DNA from: Candidatus Omnitrophota bacterium
Lineage (GTDB): Bacteria > Omnitrophota > Gorgyraeia > Gygaellales > UBA12090
NCBI GenBank assembly: GCA_030674475.1
Contig: JAUSCZ010000007.1
Location: 669-64,668, forward strand
Direction: 5' to 3'
Length of the DNA: 64,000 bases
The translations under genes and the position numbers were made by a program. A model generated the notes under the pieces. That model searched no databases. It was not told where the DNA came from and was given only the letters and a program-made list of their open reading frames with translations. Positions 63,001 through 64,000 of the stretch are shown here, in pieces. Every line of letters starts with the position of its first letter. Position 1 is the stretch's first letter.

Positions 63001-64000
63001 TGCCCAACAATAGAAACGAAGAATCGCTGAAGGCCATTTTTTTGTTAATCGCCTTCGCCTGCATTCTTTACACTATTTTGCAATATTTTGGTTTTCTGGG
63101 GGCTCCTGCCTTACGGCTGAACGATTTTTTCTCCAATATCAGCCTGGCTCAAAAAGTCTTACCTGAAGAAATTAAAGATATTGTGGTTATCGCGGTTGAT
63201 AATGATTCGCTTAAAAAGGCGGACCTGCGCTGGCCCTGGAGCCGCAGGCGTTTTGCTGAAGTTTTAAAGACGGTAAATGCCGGCGGGGCTAAGGCGGTAT
63301 TTTTTGATCATGCCTTTCTGGGCAAATCTGATGAAGGGGCGGATTCCCTTTTCGCTGAGGAGATTAAAAGATCCGGGAAGGTAATCTTGGCCGGTTATAT
63401 GGAAAACGACGAATATGTCCAGCCCTTGGATATCCTGGCTTTGGCCTCAGCGGGAATCGGCCTGGTGAATAAAGGCATACTTAATTCCCAGGATTTAAGG
63501 GTGCGGGAAGTCCGCCTGGTTTTTGATGTAAACCGGGCAGGCAGGAAGTATGATTACGGGGCTGAGGTTAAGACCCTGGCTATGGCTCGGGGCGCTTCAC
63601 CTGTTGACATCCGCTATGAGACAGGGCGGGTTATCTTTTCGGACGGCTTCAGTATCCCGGTAAGCGAGTATGGAACTTTACCCATAAATTACCTGGCCGC
63701 GGCAGGCGATTTTAATACTGTCTCTGTTTCCCGGTTTTTTGATTCCTCAGCACCCTTGGATTCATCCCTGTTTAAGGACAAGATTGTGTTGATGGGGGCC
63801 ACCGCGGATATAATCCACGATATTCATCCTACGCCCTTAGGTAAAATTCCCGGGATTTATATCAATGCCAACTGCCTGCTTATGTTTTTGTCCGGTAAAT
63901 TCTTAAAGGTAATGCCCTATTGGCCCGAGAGATTTATTCTCCTGGCTTTGAGCATAGCCATCGGGTTCATTTCTTTGCGCCTGAAGGTTATATACTCTTT
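63001..64000 (+). CDS. CHASE2 sensor-domain protein (5' part; continues beyond window end)
   Basis: N-terminal TM then a CHASE2-like periplasmic region (...VVIAVDNDSL...WPWSRRRFAEVL...). The ORF runs off the contig end. Confidence 0.55.

Noticed and set aside
1-64000. CRISPR arrays / cas genes
   Set aside because: None of the repeat families seen (TAGGG palindromes, terminator hairpins, 175-bp elements, heptamers) shows regularly spaced direct repeats separated by unique spacers. No Cas-like proteins were recognised.

Overview
This 64-kb contig comes from a low-to-moderate GC Gram-negative (diderm) anaerobe. It is probably an uncultivated lineage, PVC/Omnitrophota-like; that placement is inference from gene content only. 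Almost all genes are on the + strand.

The conserved core comprises:
- pyruvate kinase, pgeF, a thiol-redox cluster (glutaredoxin-like, cutA, ccdA, tlpA-like) and pncB/pncA;
- a 1070-aa glycoside-phosphorylase-like protein, dinB and ybaB;
- a four-subunit pyruvate:ferredoxin oxidoreductase operon (porGDAB plus a ferredoxin), where porB is interrupted by a 368-aa intein carrying LAGLIDADG homing-endonuclease motifs;
- hisG, a split transketolase, ispE, spoVG, tRNA-Gln(UUG), a GIY-YIG protein, glmU, prs, rplY, pth and rpsF-ssb-rpsR-rplI;
- dnaB, then an outer-membrane/lipid A block (bamA-skp-lpxD-lpxC::fabZ fusion-lpxA-lpxI), htpX, trpBA, an M16 peptidase, a CBS/DUF21 transporter, rsfS, argS and recJ;
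- on the minus strand, rpmB and a pilin-like gene, followed by a partial CHASE2 sensor at the right edge.

Positions ~18.15-29.1 kb form an accessory island built from a repeated module: an intrinsic terminator, a conserved ~70-bp block and an extended -10 promoter. Behind these promoters sit two ~775-aa paralogous secreted proteins whose N- and C-termini are nearly identical in nucleotide sequence while their centres have diverged. A third gene carries only an out-of-frame fragment of the family C-terminus. The island also carries toxin-antitoxin modules: HepT/MNT, two duplicated AbrB-RelE-like pairs, a PIN protein and a DUF2283/DUF4258 remnant.

Several repeat families are scattered through the window:
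- TAGGG...CCCTA palindromes, including in-frame copies inside coding sequences;
- two ~175-bp GC-rich structured elements that each supply an ATG to the downstream gene;
- small nested-hairpin elements sharing a GCGAACGAAGTGAG motif.

All calls rest on reading the sequence against family knowledge; no database searches were possible.
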